Assembly (NCBI GenBank): GCA_013239625.1
Contig: MU054323.1
Location: 17,116,029 to 17,180,028, forward strand
Direction: 5' to 3'
DNA: 64,000 nucleotides
Source of the DNA: Lama guanicoe
Lineage: Eukaryota
Positions 1 through 11,943 of this stretch are shown piece by piece; position 1 is the first letter of the stretch, and every line of letters starts with the position of its first letter. The notes beneath the pieces were generated by a model, which saw only the letters and a program-made list of their open reading frames with translations, was not told the DNA's origin and did not search any database. Position numbers and translations under genes: made by a program.

Positions 1-8
1 TTATTTTT

Positions 9-126
9 TGGGGGGTGGGGTGGGGAACTAGGTTTATTTATTTTTTGAGGAGGTACTGGGAATTGAACCCCAGGACCTCAAAGCATGCCAAGCATATGCT
101 CTATCACTTAAGCTATACCCTCCCCC
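9..126 (-). mobile_element. tRNA-Ala-derived SINE (camelid Vic-1-like)
   Basis: Minus strand GGGGGAGGGTATAGCTTAAGTGATAGAGC...GGTTCAATTCCCAGTACCTCC with Pol III A/B boxes and an A-rich tail. Confidence 0.85.
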
Positions 127-486
127 TCCTTAATCCCTTCTTAAAGGAACTTTGGACTTCAGGAACAAGATGAGATAGATACCCAAGACCCTTTCCCAGT
201 CTCCTGAAGAACAGAAAAGTCAGAGGCTGCCTCTGATCTCCTTCATATAGCTAAGCCCTTATCCATTTACACGTGACTCTGTACAGGCTGCAACTCCAGG
301 CTGGCATCAGGAGAGCCTCTGGGCCATGACTTCAGCAGAAATTTGTTCAGAGCTGTTTGTGTGGACAAACAGAATGGATCTTCAGTCATTACGCAGAGAA
401 ACCTGCAATTATTTACCCCTTCTTTAAGCTACTTCTATACTTCTTTCCCCTCTGGATCAGAGTTAACTTAAAAACCAAAATTTCTT

Positions 487-620
487 GGGGAAGGTATAGC
501 TCAGTGGTAGAGCCGTACTTAGCATGCATGAGGTCCTATGTTCAGTCCCCAGTACCTCCATATAAACAAACAAACCAACCAACCTAATTACCTCACCCTC
601 TTAAAAAAAAGAAAAAAAAA
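487..620 (+). mobile_element. tRNA-Ala-derived SINE (Vic-1-like)
   Basis: GGGGAAGGTATAGCTCAGTGGTAGAG...CCCCAGTACCTCC, AACCTAATTACCTC, poly(A). Confidence 0.88.
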
Positions 621-889
621 CACCAAAAATTCCACCTCTTCCTCTCCTCACTGTTCTAATTGTAATCTCTGTATTTTCCAGCATTTTATCTGAAAGTCAG
701 CCACCAATATTAATGGAGAGCTCATTGCACGTTGAAAACCTCGGCCAGAGAATGGAATAGAATCCTGCAGATTCAGGATTTGGGTTTAGAAAGACTACAG
801 GCCCCAACATGCAATTTCACCTTCCAAAGACTATCACTCCCAACATGCAGTGCATCCAGGGTTAGCAAAGGAAAAGAACTGGCTGGATA

Positions 890-1450
890 CTGCCAACCCC
901 GCGGCAAAGAGCCTTCGTGCTATCCTCAGGCAAAGGAATGATTAGAAAGTGCCCCGGAGGATTTTTTTTGCGGGAGTGGTCACTCCCGAAATTCAGGCAA
1001 GGAAGAGGAGGAGTCTGAGCCGCGTCCCGCCCTTCTCCAGTAAACTTGTCGCTCCAGGTTTGGCGCTGGGAGTTCGAAGGCCCAGGAGCAGCGGCACAGC
1101 TCGAGCTTTCGCCATGGTTTCGGTGACCAGAGCCGTGTTTGGGGAACTGCCCTTGGGGGCAGGGACGGTGGAGAAGTTCCAGCTGCAGTCAGACCAGCTA
1201 AGAGTGGACATCATGTCCTGGGGCTGCACCATCACGGCCCTGGAGGTAAAAGACAGGCAGGGCAGAGCCTCAGACGTGGTGCTCGGCTTTGCCGAGTTGG
1301 AAGGTGGGTTGAATTCAGTCCCGGGCTACGGACGGACCCCAGGCCCACCGCGCACACTGCCCCACACTGGCTGCTCGCTATGCAGGGTGCAGGGACCGAG
1401 GGGAAGTACCGAGTTTGTGACCGTCAGGCTTGCTTGGATCCGGGCTAACT
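890..1450 (+). promoter_or_regulatory. GALM: GALM promoter / small CpG-rich island with GC box
   Basis: Local CpG enrichment around exon 1; Sp1-type CCCGCCC at 1026-1032; no clear TATA. Confidence 0.7.
1114..1303 (+). CDS. GALM: Galactose mutarotase (aldose 1-epimerase), coding exon 1
   Basis: GCCATGG Kozak start at 1114; translates MVSVTRAVFGELPLGAGTVEKFQLQSDQLRVDIMSWGCTITALEVKDRQGRASDVVLGFAELE; donor AAG|GTGGGT; 190 nt. Confidence 0.97.
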
Positions 1451-1870
1451 CACTATGTTGGGATCCAGTGTTTGGAAAAAGGCAAAATGCATGGAAACAG
1501 CTGTAGGGCTTGGACTCTGCGTTATACATTCAGGCTTTGCCTTAATTAAAAAATCAGTTGAGGGTAAGATAAAACTCCAGCAACCCTGGAGCGATCTTTG
1601 ATCTGCCAGATCTCTGTGAGGGAGGGAGAGAGAGAAAAGTGCACCCTAGAGGAGGTGTGGCTCCCAGCTCTTCCCTCTTGCCCTTTCTGATGAATGAAAA
1701 AAAAATCAAAGACAGCATCTTCTACTTCCTTTCTCCTTGATCAGATTCTCTGGGTTTTGGTTGTCTCACAAATGCTCCATAAGGTAAGCTCAGAGGGTGC
1801 AGACAGCTTATGTGCTTTGGCCTGTAGGGTACGGTGCCCAGCACCCCCTGGCTGATCAACAACCACGTGT

Positions 1871-1975
1871 AGGTTTATTTTATTTATTTGTTTATTTTAT
1901 CAGAGTTACTGGGGATTGAACCCAGGACCTCGTGCATGCTAAGCACACACTCTACCACTGAGCTGCACCCTTCCC
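1871..1975 (-). mobile_element. Vic-1-like SINE, 3'-truncated, 14 bp TSD
   Basis: tRNA head plus A-rich middle; flanked by CAACAACCACGTGT at 1857-1870 and 1976-1989. Confidence 0.88.
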
Positions 1976-2093
1976 CAACAACCACGTGTTGAAAGGACAT
2001 GGAAGAACAACTTATTGTCTAGAAACAAGTCTCCTTATAACTTGGGTGGACTTTTATTGTTTGGGAATCAGCAATTAAGAACATTAATATTCA

Positions 2094-2167
2094 GGGGGAT
2101 GGGTATAGCTCAGCGGTAGAGCACATGCTTAGCACGCATGAGGTCCTGGGTTCAATTCTTAGTGGCT
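2094..2167 (+). mobile_element. Tailless tRNA-Ala/SINE-head retrocopy, 13 bp TSD
   Basis: tRNA-like head only, no tail; ACATTAATATTCA at 2081-2093 and 2168-2180. Confidence 0.85.
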
Positions 2168-3908
2168 ACATTAATATTCATTAATTTAAAGACTGTTGAT
2201 TCGGTTATTTCATTCAGTGAGACGGACAAAGTTCTCACCCTCATGGAACTTGCAGTTTAGATTGGAGATAGACCTTAGCCAAATTATTGCATAAATAAAT
2301 AATTAAAATTGCAGTTTGGTTGGGACAAGGGAAAATGTACACATTGCTTGCTTCCTCGTGGCACACCCAAGTAGCCAGACAGAAAATGAGGTCTGAGATA
2401 AAGTTGGCAAAGGACAACTGCTTGAGAATTAATTCTCTCTGTCTGTGTGATTCTTTAGATATGTAACATGGCTCAAGGTTAGAGGTCAATAGAAAACTGA
2501 GAGTATTGGTTTTCCCTTAGGATACTTAAACTGGCCCATTTCCTTGACAAAATGTATTATAAAAAATATTCCTAAAGATCCTATTCTTTGACCCTCTGGT
2601 TGTCTTTGACTGCTTTGGAGCCTTCACAGCTTGGCTTGGAGAAAGGGTAGGTAACCTTCAGCAGAATTTCTTTGGTAATTTCAGTGAGTCTCACTGGTAG
2701 GAGGGTGCAGGGTCTGGGGAAAACCTTCCCCACTTCACCTTGTTATCCACGTCCCATTCAGCTTCTGGGAGTGGGTGATCATATCTTCTGTCTTCAGAGT
2801 CAGAAGGCAAGAGAGTTGACAACTGATGAAAGAGAATTCTTTAGAATTATTTTTTGCTGAATCACCTCTCTCTGTTAGCATAACCATTTGCTAGACTGAA
2901 GCAGAATCACAGAGATTACTTGACTGGTGCAAAATTGCCTGATGGAATCCAAGGAGAAATGGAATCCTAGAATTTCGGAGCCAGTAAAGCATTGGAGCTG
3001 ATAAGCTATGAGCAACTGCTTTTATCACCTCATTTCCATCTTTGCCTTATCACCATTCAGGAGGGGACTACCCTCACCCTACATACACATATGTACACAC
3101 GCTTGTGCACACACTGGCTTCTTACTTTTTTTAGTTCTGATGTGAGAGTCACGTGGATCTTAAAGCACAAGGCACCTTTGTGGAATTCACATGAAACGTG
3201 TGCCAGGATGACATGGCACCTGGAAAGCACCAGTTTCTTACCAGGCACAGAAATGCCAGTTTTGTCAGGGCATTAATATAATTGTCACTGTGTATCCCTG
3301 AGTCTTGCGGGAGTCTAGGTGAAAGAAAGTATTATCCCCAGATGGAGAAAAAATAAATCCCCTCGGATTACAATGATCTAGCTTGTATTAACTGTGCTGC
3401 CCTCCTTGTTATTAACATCTCTTGAGAAAGTTAAATAGCATTTTTTTTTACCAGGATACATCACAGGCGTCACAAAATGCCAGGCGGAATCAAAGCGTCT
3501 AAAATATTCTAGGTGCTAGATCAAGACAGACATTTTCAATCCAATGTTAAAATTTACATAGTTTAATTATTTAAAGAGGGCAGCTATTTTCAAAAGAAAA
3601 AAGCCTTCAGAATATCTAATAAGGCTTTCTAATATGTTCAGCCATCTTTGAGTTGCAAGTGGACCTTTGTTCTGTTTTTAAAGCCCTGTCTTTATGTTTT
3701 TGTCATATTTAGTACATTTTGTAGTATTTCAGTTTTTTAGTATTGTCAAAGATATGGAAGACTTCATATATGTCGTAACAGGCAGCATAATTGTCTCAAT
3801 CAGAATAGTGTAAGGTGGTGGTCTGCTACTATTTTGATCAATCCTAGTGTGTTGAAACCCATGTTAAGAAATTGGTGACAGAGATGTCTTTAAGAAGGGT
3901 AGCTAGCA

Positions 3909-4091
3909 GGGAGGATATAGCTCAGTGGTGGAGTGTGCGCTTAGCATGCACGAGGTCTTGGGTTGGATCCTCAGTAACTCCATTAAAATAAAAAAATAAA
4001 TGAACTTAACTACCTCCTTCAGGAACAAAAAAGAAGGAAAGAAGGAAGGAAGGAAGGAAGGAAAAGAAAGAGAAAGGAGAAGAGAAAAGAA
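3909..4091 (+). mobile_element. Vic-1-like SINE with a GA-rich expanded tail
   Basis: tRNA head; tail (GAAG)n/(GAAA)n; TSD AAGAA(G/A)GGTAGCT at 3892-3904 and 4092-4104. Confidence 0.85.
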
Positions 4092-6009
4092 AAGAAAGGT
4101 AGCTGGGGTACAGGAATAGGAAGGAGATTTAATTTTCACTCTAGTCTTTTAGAATGTCTGGGTAGGTAAGTATTGTACAAACTGAGGCAAACAGTTTAAA
4201 GCAATAAGATGTGACAGAGTAAGTGGTTGTCTTCACATTATCATGTCCCAGAAATGTTTTGAGCCACAGGGAAGAGAGAAGCATGAATAATTCCATGAGA
4301 CATGGTCCTTTTGTAATTGTCAGGTTAGATGTGAACTATCTCCAATTTCCCAGATAGATTATATAAACTGCTTGGACGATGGCCATGACCAGAGGTCAGA
4401 ATGGTTCAATTCCTCCCTAGGAAAATGAGATCTTCTGTAGAATTCTAAAAAGGCAAATCTTATGACCTTTTAGTAAAGGCTAGAAAATCAGTAGTGCCTC
4501 CTGAGTTTTTTGTTTGTTTGTTTTTTCTTTTTTCCTTGCCATTTTTTGTGTTGAAAATATCTTTAAATGTTTTTCATCTGCATGTTCCACCTGCAGTCAT
4601 TATGACTTCTTTCAAAACCAGTGATGAGAATATTTGCTTATAAGCTACAGGTGTAAATAACCTACTCATACATGCAATGTGATTCCTTCCCGTTTATCTT
4701 TCCCCCAGTTAACACCAACACCCAGCTATTACTGCCATGAGAACCATCATGGAAAGATTAGAAAAAATAAACTTAGTGTTTTGGAAAAACCTGAGTTTAT
4801 AAAAGGGAGTGGGAAGAAGAGAGACCGGTTTAGAGACTGTGGTTTTTTACAGATGGCCATATTACAGATGGCCAAGAGTGTCCTTATAGGAGCATTGAGG
4901 ATTCCTAGTTTAAATCTCTGCTTTGTCCCTTAAAACTATGACCTTGGGCAAGTTATTTCACCTCTCTAGACCTATTTTGTCTGAAACAAATGGATAATGA
5001 TGATCAGATGTGCTATTGGCTGTGATTGTGTCTGACTATAGTGAACAATTAATAATTTTAATCTCCTTTCCTTCTTTTGCCCCCAAATATCTTCCCTCAC
5101 ACTCTGAACTTTTTATTTCACTTTGTTAACAATACACAAAATGCATGGAGATTCGTCTGGGACAACCATCAGCCATTTAAAAATATATAAAATATTTGGG
5201 ATGCTTAAAGCATTTGTCAAAGTAGTGTTTGTTTTCCTCAAAAAAGCAAAAAGCAAGTCATTCAGGATGTGGATGTTTTGACTGAGAATCATGAGAAATT
5301 TTATTTGAGACTTTCAGGCGCTCTGGCTAATGGCTAAGGCTTGGGGTGGGTGTCATAACTGGAATCTTTGGGATATTAGAGGAGTGGAAAGGGCCATACC
5401 CCTTGTCAAGCACTTATTGATATATTCTGGGCAGTCCCTTGCCTAGAGAAAGGACAAAATTTTCTTCTAACCATTATCCCACATCAGCAATTGAATTGAT
5501 TAAATCAACATTCATGCCGTAGAAACTGCCTGTTCTCATGGAAAACAGTATTTTCTACTTTTCAAAACAAGCTTTTTAGTCCTATTCAGAATTTGGAGAC
5601 TGTCACTTTTCTTAATTCTGATTTGATTTAAAAGCTTAGTAATATATGAAAATAGTGTAAAGTCCATTTGTTCTGAAGACTTTCTCAGAGACAGTTGGGA
5701 GCAGTGGTTTTTGCTGTCCTTATGGTTTAATCCTTAAAAACTTCATCTTAATTAACCAAGGTCTGACAAGTGCTTCTTACCTCTGTGAGCTTATTAATTG
5801 TCAACAGAAAGTGGTCCCTTCTGAGGGAATTCTTGCAAGCCCGTGAGGCCGTAGCCTTGCTTTTGGATTTGTCCTCTTCTCTGATGCCAAGCACGTGGGG
5901 GGCAGAGAGTAGGGGCTTTGTCAAGGTAGGAGTCAAAAAGAGCTATAGCCAAATAACTTTTGGAAAAAGTTCTGCTTTTACATTTTTGAGCTGAAAAGCA
6001 AATGAAATT

Positions 6010-6910
6010 TGTTCCACATTATATGTCATAAGGGAAATGCAAATTAAAACAACATTGAGATCTATTAGAATGGCCAAAATCCAGAACACTGATACACAAA
6101 TGCTGACAAGGATGTGGAGCAACAGGAACTCTCATCGCTGGTGGTTACAGCTACTTTGGGAGACCATAGTTTGGCATTTTCTTAGACAACTAAACGTATA
6201 TTCATATAATCTAGCAATCATATTTCTTGGTATTTACTCAAAGGAGTTAAAAACATATGTCCACACAAAAACATGCACATGGGTGTTTATAGTAGCTTTT
6301 TTCATAATCGCCAAAACTTGGTAGCAACCAAAACGTCCTTCAGTAGGTGAATGGATAAATAAACTGTGGTACATCCAGACAATGGAATATTATTCAATGC
6401 TAAAAAGAAATGAGCTATCAAGCCACAAAAAGATATGGAAGAAACTTAAATGCCTATTACTAAGTGAAAGAAGCCCATCTTTTCTGAAAAGACTGTATTC
6501 TGTGTAATTCCAACTCTGTGACATTCTGAAAAAGGCAAATCTATGGAGAGAGTGAAAAAATCAGTGGTTTCCAGGGGCTAGAGGGATGGGAGGGATGAAT
6601 AGGCAGAGGACAAAAGATTTTTAGGACAGTGTAAATACTCTGTATGATATTACAATGATAGATGTATGTCATTATATGTTTGTCCAAACCCATAGAATGT
6701 TCAACACCAAGAGTGAACCCTAGTGTGAACTATGGACTTTGGGAGATAATGATGTGTCAATGTAGGTTCATCAATTATAATGAATGTACCACTTGGCTGG
6801 GAAAGTTTTTAATAGGGGAGGCTATGCATGTGTGAGGGCAGAGAGTATATGGGAAATCTCTGTACCTTCTGCCAGTTTTGTTTGAACCTAAAACTACTCT
6901 AAAAAATTAA
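6010..6910 (+). mobile_element. L1 3' end (L1MC-like), ORF2 C-terminal remnant + 3'UTR
   Basis: GAAATGCAAATTAAAACAAC, GGATGTGGAGCAACAGGAACTCTCA, AATGGATAAATAAACTGTGGTACATCC; ORF 6037-6324 (MQIKTT...) resembles the L1 ORF2 C-terminus. Confidence 0.88.
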
Positions 6911-7296
6911 GTCTCTTAAGAACTTAAACAAGAGCAGATGAAGCAAAACCAAGAAAATTGTTTGGCACTTGGGGACTTTTGTTACTCGACGCCCAACAAC
7001 AGTTTACACTCATCAGTATACCATGTAGCTGACAAAAGGAATATGGTAGATGGATATGTAGACACAGGGAGGGATCTTAGGACATTTGATAAATGAAAAG
7101 TTGCAAAACAATGTGTATAATCTGAGTCTCTGTGTAGAACATGTATGTGTGTATTTGTTTGTGCTTATATGTAGTTAATTTAAAAACAAAAATAAGCAGT
7201 TAGAACTGTATATATCTCAGACTGTTAGTGGTGGTTATCATTGGGAGGGAAAGGAGTTAAGAGTTGAAGGAAGGTTTTCATGTGTTTCTCTTTGTT

Positions 7297-7487
7297 AAGG
7301 TTGCCAGATTTAGCAAATAAAAATATAGGACACCCAATGAAATTTGAGTTTTAGGTAAATGATTATGTTTTAAGTGTATGGCCCATGTATAATAATAATA
7401 AGGACATACTTATACTAAAAAATTATTCACTGTTTATCTGAAATTCAGACTTAACTGGACATCCTAGATTTCCTCTGGTAAGCCTAA
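7297..7487. mobile_element. MER53-like hAT MITE
   Basis: AGGTTGCCAGAT...GGACACCCA at the left end and degenerate inverted ...AACTGGACATCCT...TCTGGTAAGCCT at the right. Confidence 0.7.
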
Positions 7488-7992
7488 GCTATATACTTGT
7501 GTATTTAATGCTCTTTAAAGGGTATTTTTATGTACTAATGTTTTTAAAAAATAATAAGAGAAGTATAAGATAGTTTCTTCTCAAGAGTACACAAAAATAT
7601 AATTTTTAGTTAGAAAAATTGGCCTAGAAAGAAGCAGATTACAAGGCAGCATGTGTATAAAGTCCCCAGTTGTATAAAAACAAGAAAAGCACACGTAGAC
7701 ATATACTTAAAGACGGAAAGATATATTTACAGTGTGTAACAGTGGTTCGTTCTCTCTAGTGATGAGATCGGGATGATTTAAATTTCTTCTCTGTGCTTTA
7801 GAAAGTTCTTTTTAAATGTTTATAAAGAACATGAATTACTTTTAGAAAGGGAAAAATTCATGTGTAAAGAACATGATTTTTCCATGAGGACGTGAATGTG
7901 CCCAAGTTGCCGTCAGAAGGAAGTGGACAGTGGTGTGAGCCTTATCTTTGGTTTGAAGTTTTAAAAGACTCTGTCATCCCATGTCCTTGCAG

Positions 7993-8147
7993 GGTACTTC
8001 CAAAAGCAGCCCTACTTTGGAGCAGTGGTTGGAAGGGTGGCCAACCGAATTGCCAAAGGAACATTCATGTTGGATGGGAAGGAGTATAAACTGGCCATTA
8101 ACAACGGGCCCAACAGCCTGCATGGAGGTGTCAGAGGGTTTGACAAG
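7993..8147 (+). CDS. GALM: GALM coding exon 2
   Basis: Acceptor ccttgcag|; [52 protein letters not shown] (ANR and LHGG mutarotase motifs); donor AAG|gtgagt; 155 nt, phase matches exon 1. Confidence 0.97.
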
Positions 8148-10302
8148 GTGAGTCTGGAGCATTGGACAGAGTCCTCTCTTAGCACATTTCACTAAGTACC
8201 TTCCAACAAATCTGTTTTCCAGGCACAACTGTAGGCCCTAGAGCAAATGCACAGTAAGGTGATACAGGAAAGAGGAGTGGTTGGGGAGCAGATGTGCTGG
8301 CTCTGTTCCAGGACCCATCCTTCTCTAGCTCATCTGACTGTAATAGGCTGGGGAACCCAGAGTGAAAGGTTGACAGCCCTCGACTTGAAAGACAGGGAAC
8401 ACGTTTCTCACAGATTTGGGATCAGAGAGTTGGGTGGACCTTAGGCACAACAGAAAAGTGGATTAAAAATACCTTCGACTTTCTGCACAATGCATCTGCA
8501 TATATTATCTCCCATTCTTACTAGAACCCTGTATTATCACCAAAGGAGAAATCTGAAGCTCTGAAAGGCCACATAGCGCCTAAGTTGGGCTGCCTGACCC
8601 AAGGCAGCCCTCATTCCTATACTACAGTTGCTGTTGTCCTCCATGGTTGCTCTGGGTGCCCCCAATCCAACACACCCCCTGTATCTGCCGGTGAGCCTCT
8701 TCCCTGGGCCGTGTGGTGCCACATCCAGGCCTGCCTTCCACGGAAGTGCCTCAGGCCTCAAAATGACCTCAGTTTCTCCCCAGTTCCCCCTTTCCACGTT
8801 AAAACTCCATTCCCCACGTGAATCCCTGAAAAACCAGGTTAGGAAAACAAATTGATCAAACAGCTTCTCCCTGAGGTACAAATGCCTGACCTCCTACTTG
8901 AAGCTGTGTGGGAGTCTGCAGGTTAACCCTAGTGACTCTCTCACTTGTCAGCTTCAGAAAGGTAATTTTGGTAGTTAGTTTTCTTTAAATTATACCACTC
9001 AGGCTGTTTCCTAGAAGAGCCAGAGAAGAGAGAAACATGTATGACAGCTAAGAATCACAGTTTCTTCTTTTCTGCCTCTTCCTGCCTCCTGCCCCGTTGA
9101 AGGAAGTTGATCACTCTCTGTTCCCCTGTCCTACCAGCTTCCTGTTTGTGGCTTGGAGCCAGACGGCTCCATCACTTCCCCTTTCCTCCATGTGGGGCTC
9201 CTCCCACCAGGGAAGCACGAAGGCAGAGAGTAGCCTCTATCCTGGTAATACTAGGGCACAGGGTCTCTGGGATGTGCCAGGCCCATGGGCAGACCTCAAC
9301 CACAGGAAGTTAGGCCCAGCTTTGTTTGGACAGGGATCTTCAAAAGAGCCTCAGATCAGCACCTTGTTCTGGTTTGTTCCACTGTGGTATTTTCTGTGGT
9401 GTCGCTTAATGGATGTGCCCTTATGAACAAACGTAGCAAGAGAATGAGTACATCTATCTTTTAATGCACTGTGCCTGCTGAGCCCCTTGTGTAGACCAGA
9501 GAGCATAAACAGATGAGGATTCCGGAGACTCCAACATAGTGAGGGAGCCGGACACTTACACAAGTAATGGTTACAGGAGGCAACAAGCCTGTGATACAGA
9601 TGCCAGTGGTATGCTATAGGAACCGGGTCTGGACAGATTGATAGCAACAAGCGAGGTGAGATTTGACAAGAGTCAGCATTTCATTTAATAAATGGATACT
9701 GGAGAGAATGGCTGTGCAACAGCCCACAGAGGGGCGGGGAAAGAATTGGAACTAATCATGGAGCCACTGAAAGTTTTTGAACAGTAGGTTTTCATGAAGT
9801 AATGTGCACAGTATCACATGAACTTTGTTTTAAGTTGTATTTGAGCTCAACAATTACTGAATAATTATTGGTTTGGAGGTGTGTGTTTTTCTATTTATAC
9901 CAACACATTCTTTTAAAAGATGAAATTTAAGTAACCTGACAGGATTAGAAATGGTGTCTGTAGGACTAGATATGCAAATTTGGAAATTTTCAGAAAATTT
10001 GGAAACTATAGAGTCAAAGAAATTCTTCCATGAATAGGAATTATACTTTCCACAGAATTATACTTATCTGATAATACTGGTTTACACAAATACCTTTCCA
10101 TTGTGTCCTTTCTCTAAGGGAGAAAAACTCGGTAGCAAGTTAAGAACATTTTATTTCAAATATTTTATTCCTAAAATTTTCTATTTAGGGGATTCCTTTT
10201 CTTTTTTTATTTCCTTTTTTTATGGTTTAAACAACTGAAATTTATTTTCTCTGTTCTGGAGGCTAAAAGTCTGAAATTTAAGGTTATGGGCAGGGTTGGT
10301 TC

Positions 10303-10464
10303 TTTTTTTTTTAATTGAAGTGTAGTTGATTTACAATGTTGTGTTTGTTTCTGGTGTACAGCAAAGTGATTCACTTATCATATATATACTTTTTCATATC
10401 CTTTTCCATTACAGTTTATTACAAAGTATTGAATTAAGTTCTCCACGCTATATAGTAGGATCCT
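10303..10464 (-). mobile_element. Cetartiodactyl-type L1 3' end next to an MLT1 fragment (10225-10302)
   Basis: Poly(T) then AATTGAAGTGTAGTTGATTTACAATGTTGTG...GTACAGCAAAGTGATTCA. Confidence 0.75.
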
Positions 10465-11736
10465 TTTTTTAATACCCTCTCCTCTCCTATTCTTTTCTTA
10501 ATCACACCATATAACAGGGTTTATATTTTAAGTGTCTTGAAAGTTCAACATTTCTGGAGATAATTAGGGTGTAAAATTAATTTTTCACTAAAGTCAGTGA
10601 ATTTGTTTCAAATACAGCTGCTTTCACTGTAGGTGATTGCAGAGACCTCTGCTCCCACTGAGCTCCCCTTCCTGGCAAATGCAGTGCCCATAAGAGATCC
10701 AGGCCATGCCAGGAGTAGGTGGGCAGAGCCTGGGCTTGTGGTCCGGTCCTCTGGTCCACAGAAGCTATTATCTTCGAACTCTTATTTGGAAGGACAGTGT
10801 TTGGCCTCAGCTCTGCTATTTGAAACTGAAGATAGGAACAAAACATTCACTTAAAGTAACGTGGAATAGTGTAGACTGTCAGGCTAAGTTTGAATCCTAG
10901 CTCTGTCACTAATTATGTGTAATAAGATTTTTTTTCCCTTTAATCAAGTATGAAAAGATTCTCCATCCTTTGGAATGTGGGAGGTGGAAGTGGGCGAGTT
11001 AACTCCATTGAACTCAATTTGCTCATCTGTAAAATGGGGGTAACATCATTAGCTGGCGTCATGTGAAATTGCCAGTGTTCAACTGTTTTGACATATAAAG
11101 ATGGTAATTTCATTTGGTTCAACCAAATTCTTACCTTACAAAGTGGTTTATGTAGAGTACCAGGTCAGTGGCTGATGAGTACCCAACAAAAGGAGGTCTT
11201 GTGTCTGCAAAAGGCCCCTTTACTAGTGACCCCAGGGCTCCCCAAAGGGTCTGGCGGGGGTCTTTGGCTACCTCATCCTCTAATGGTGTGGAATAAAGGA
11301 GCAGGCTCAGGATCAGACCACTTGATTCAAATCCACTGTCTTATTAGCTGTGTGTAGCTATTGTAGATAATATACATGTAAATTTAGGGAGAACGAGTAT
11401 GGGAAATGTGATTAGGTAAAGAAGAAAACTTTTTCTCTCAAAAGACATTTTTCCAGGTAAAACAAAATTTTAGAATAATTAAAATCTAGGCTATTTATCA
11501 TTCAGCCACCTTAGTGATTATATAACCACCTCTCTTCCTAGAATAAATTGTCTTTATATATTTTAAAGAATTTTTATTGAGGTACAATTGACAATATCAT
11601 GTAAGTCTGTTTCTGTTTTTTTAATATTCACTAGTTTGTTTTATTTTTTAGATTCTGAGTTGCCTTTAAATATTGAAATGTGTCATTTAGCTTGGGATTG
11701 GAGTGACTAAACAGCTTTAAAAACACTTTCTTCCAG

Positions 11737-11943
11737 GTCCTCTGGACCCCTCGGGTGCTGTCAAATGGCGTGGAGTTCTCGCGGGTCAGCCCAGATGGAG
11801 AGGAAGGTTACCCCGGAGAGTTAAAAGTCTGGGTGACATACACGCTGGATGGCGGGGAGCTCGTGGTCAACTATCGAGCACAAGCCAGTCAGACTACACC
11901 AGTCAATCTGACCAACCATTCTTACTTCAACCTGGCAGGCCAG
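11737..11943 (+). CDS. GALM: GALM coding exon 3
   Basis: Acceptor ctttcttccag|; VLWTPRVLSNGVEFSRVSPDGEEGYPGELKVWVTYTLDGGELVVNYRAQASQTTPVNLTNHSYFNLAGQ, including catalytic His176; donor CAG|gtaagt; 207 nt. Confidence 0.98.

Noticed and set aside
487..560. Apparent tRNA-Ala genes (also at 2094, 3909, 42617 and the minus-strand copies)
   Set aside because: Stems are mismatched, SINE body/tail or TSDs are present, and copies are dispersed: these are SINE heads, not functional tRNA genes
949..1506. 185 aa ORF as a standalone gene
   Set aside because: It is GALM exon 1 plus 5'UTR and read-through into intron 1
6037..6324. 95 aa ORF MQIKTT...
   Set aside because: Decayed L1 ORF2 C-terminus, not a host gene
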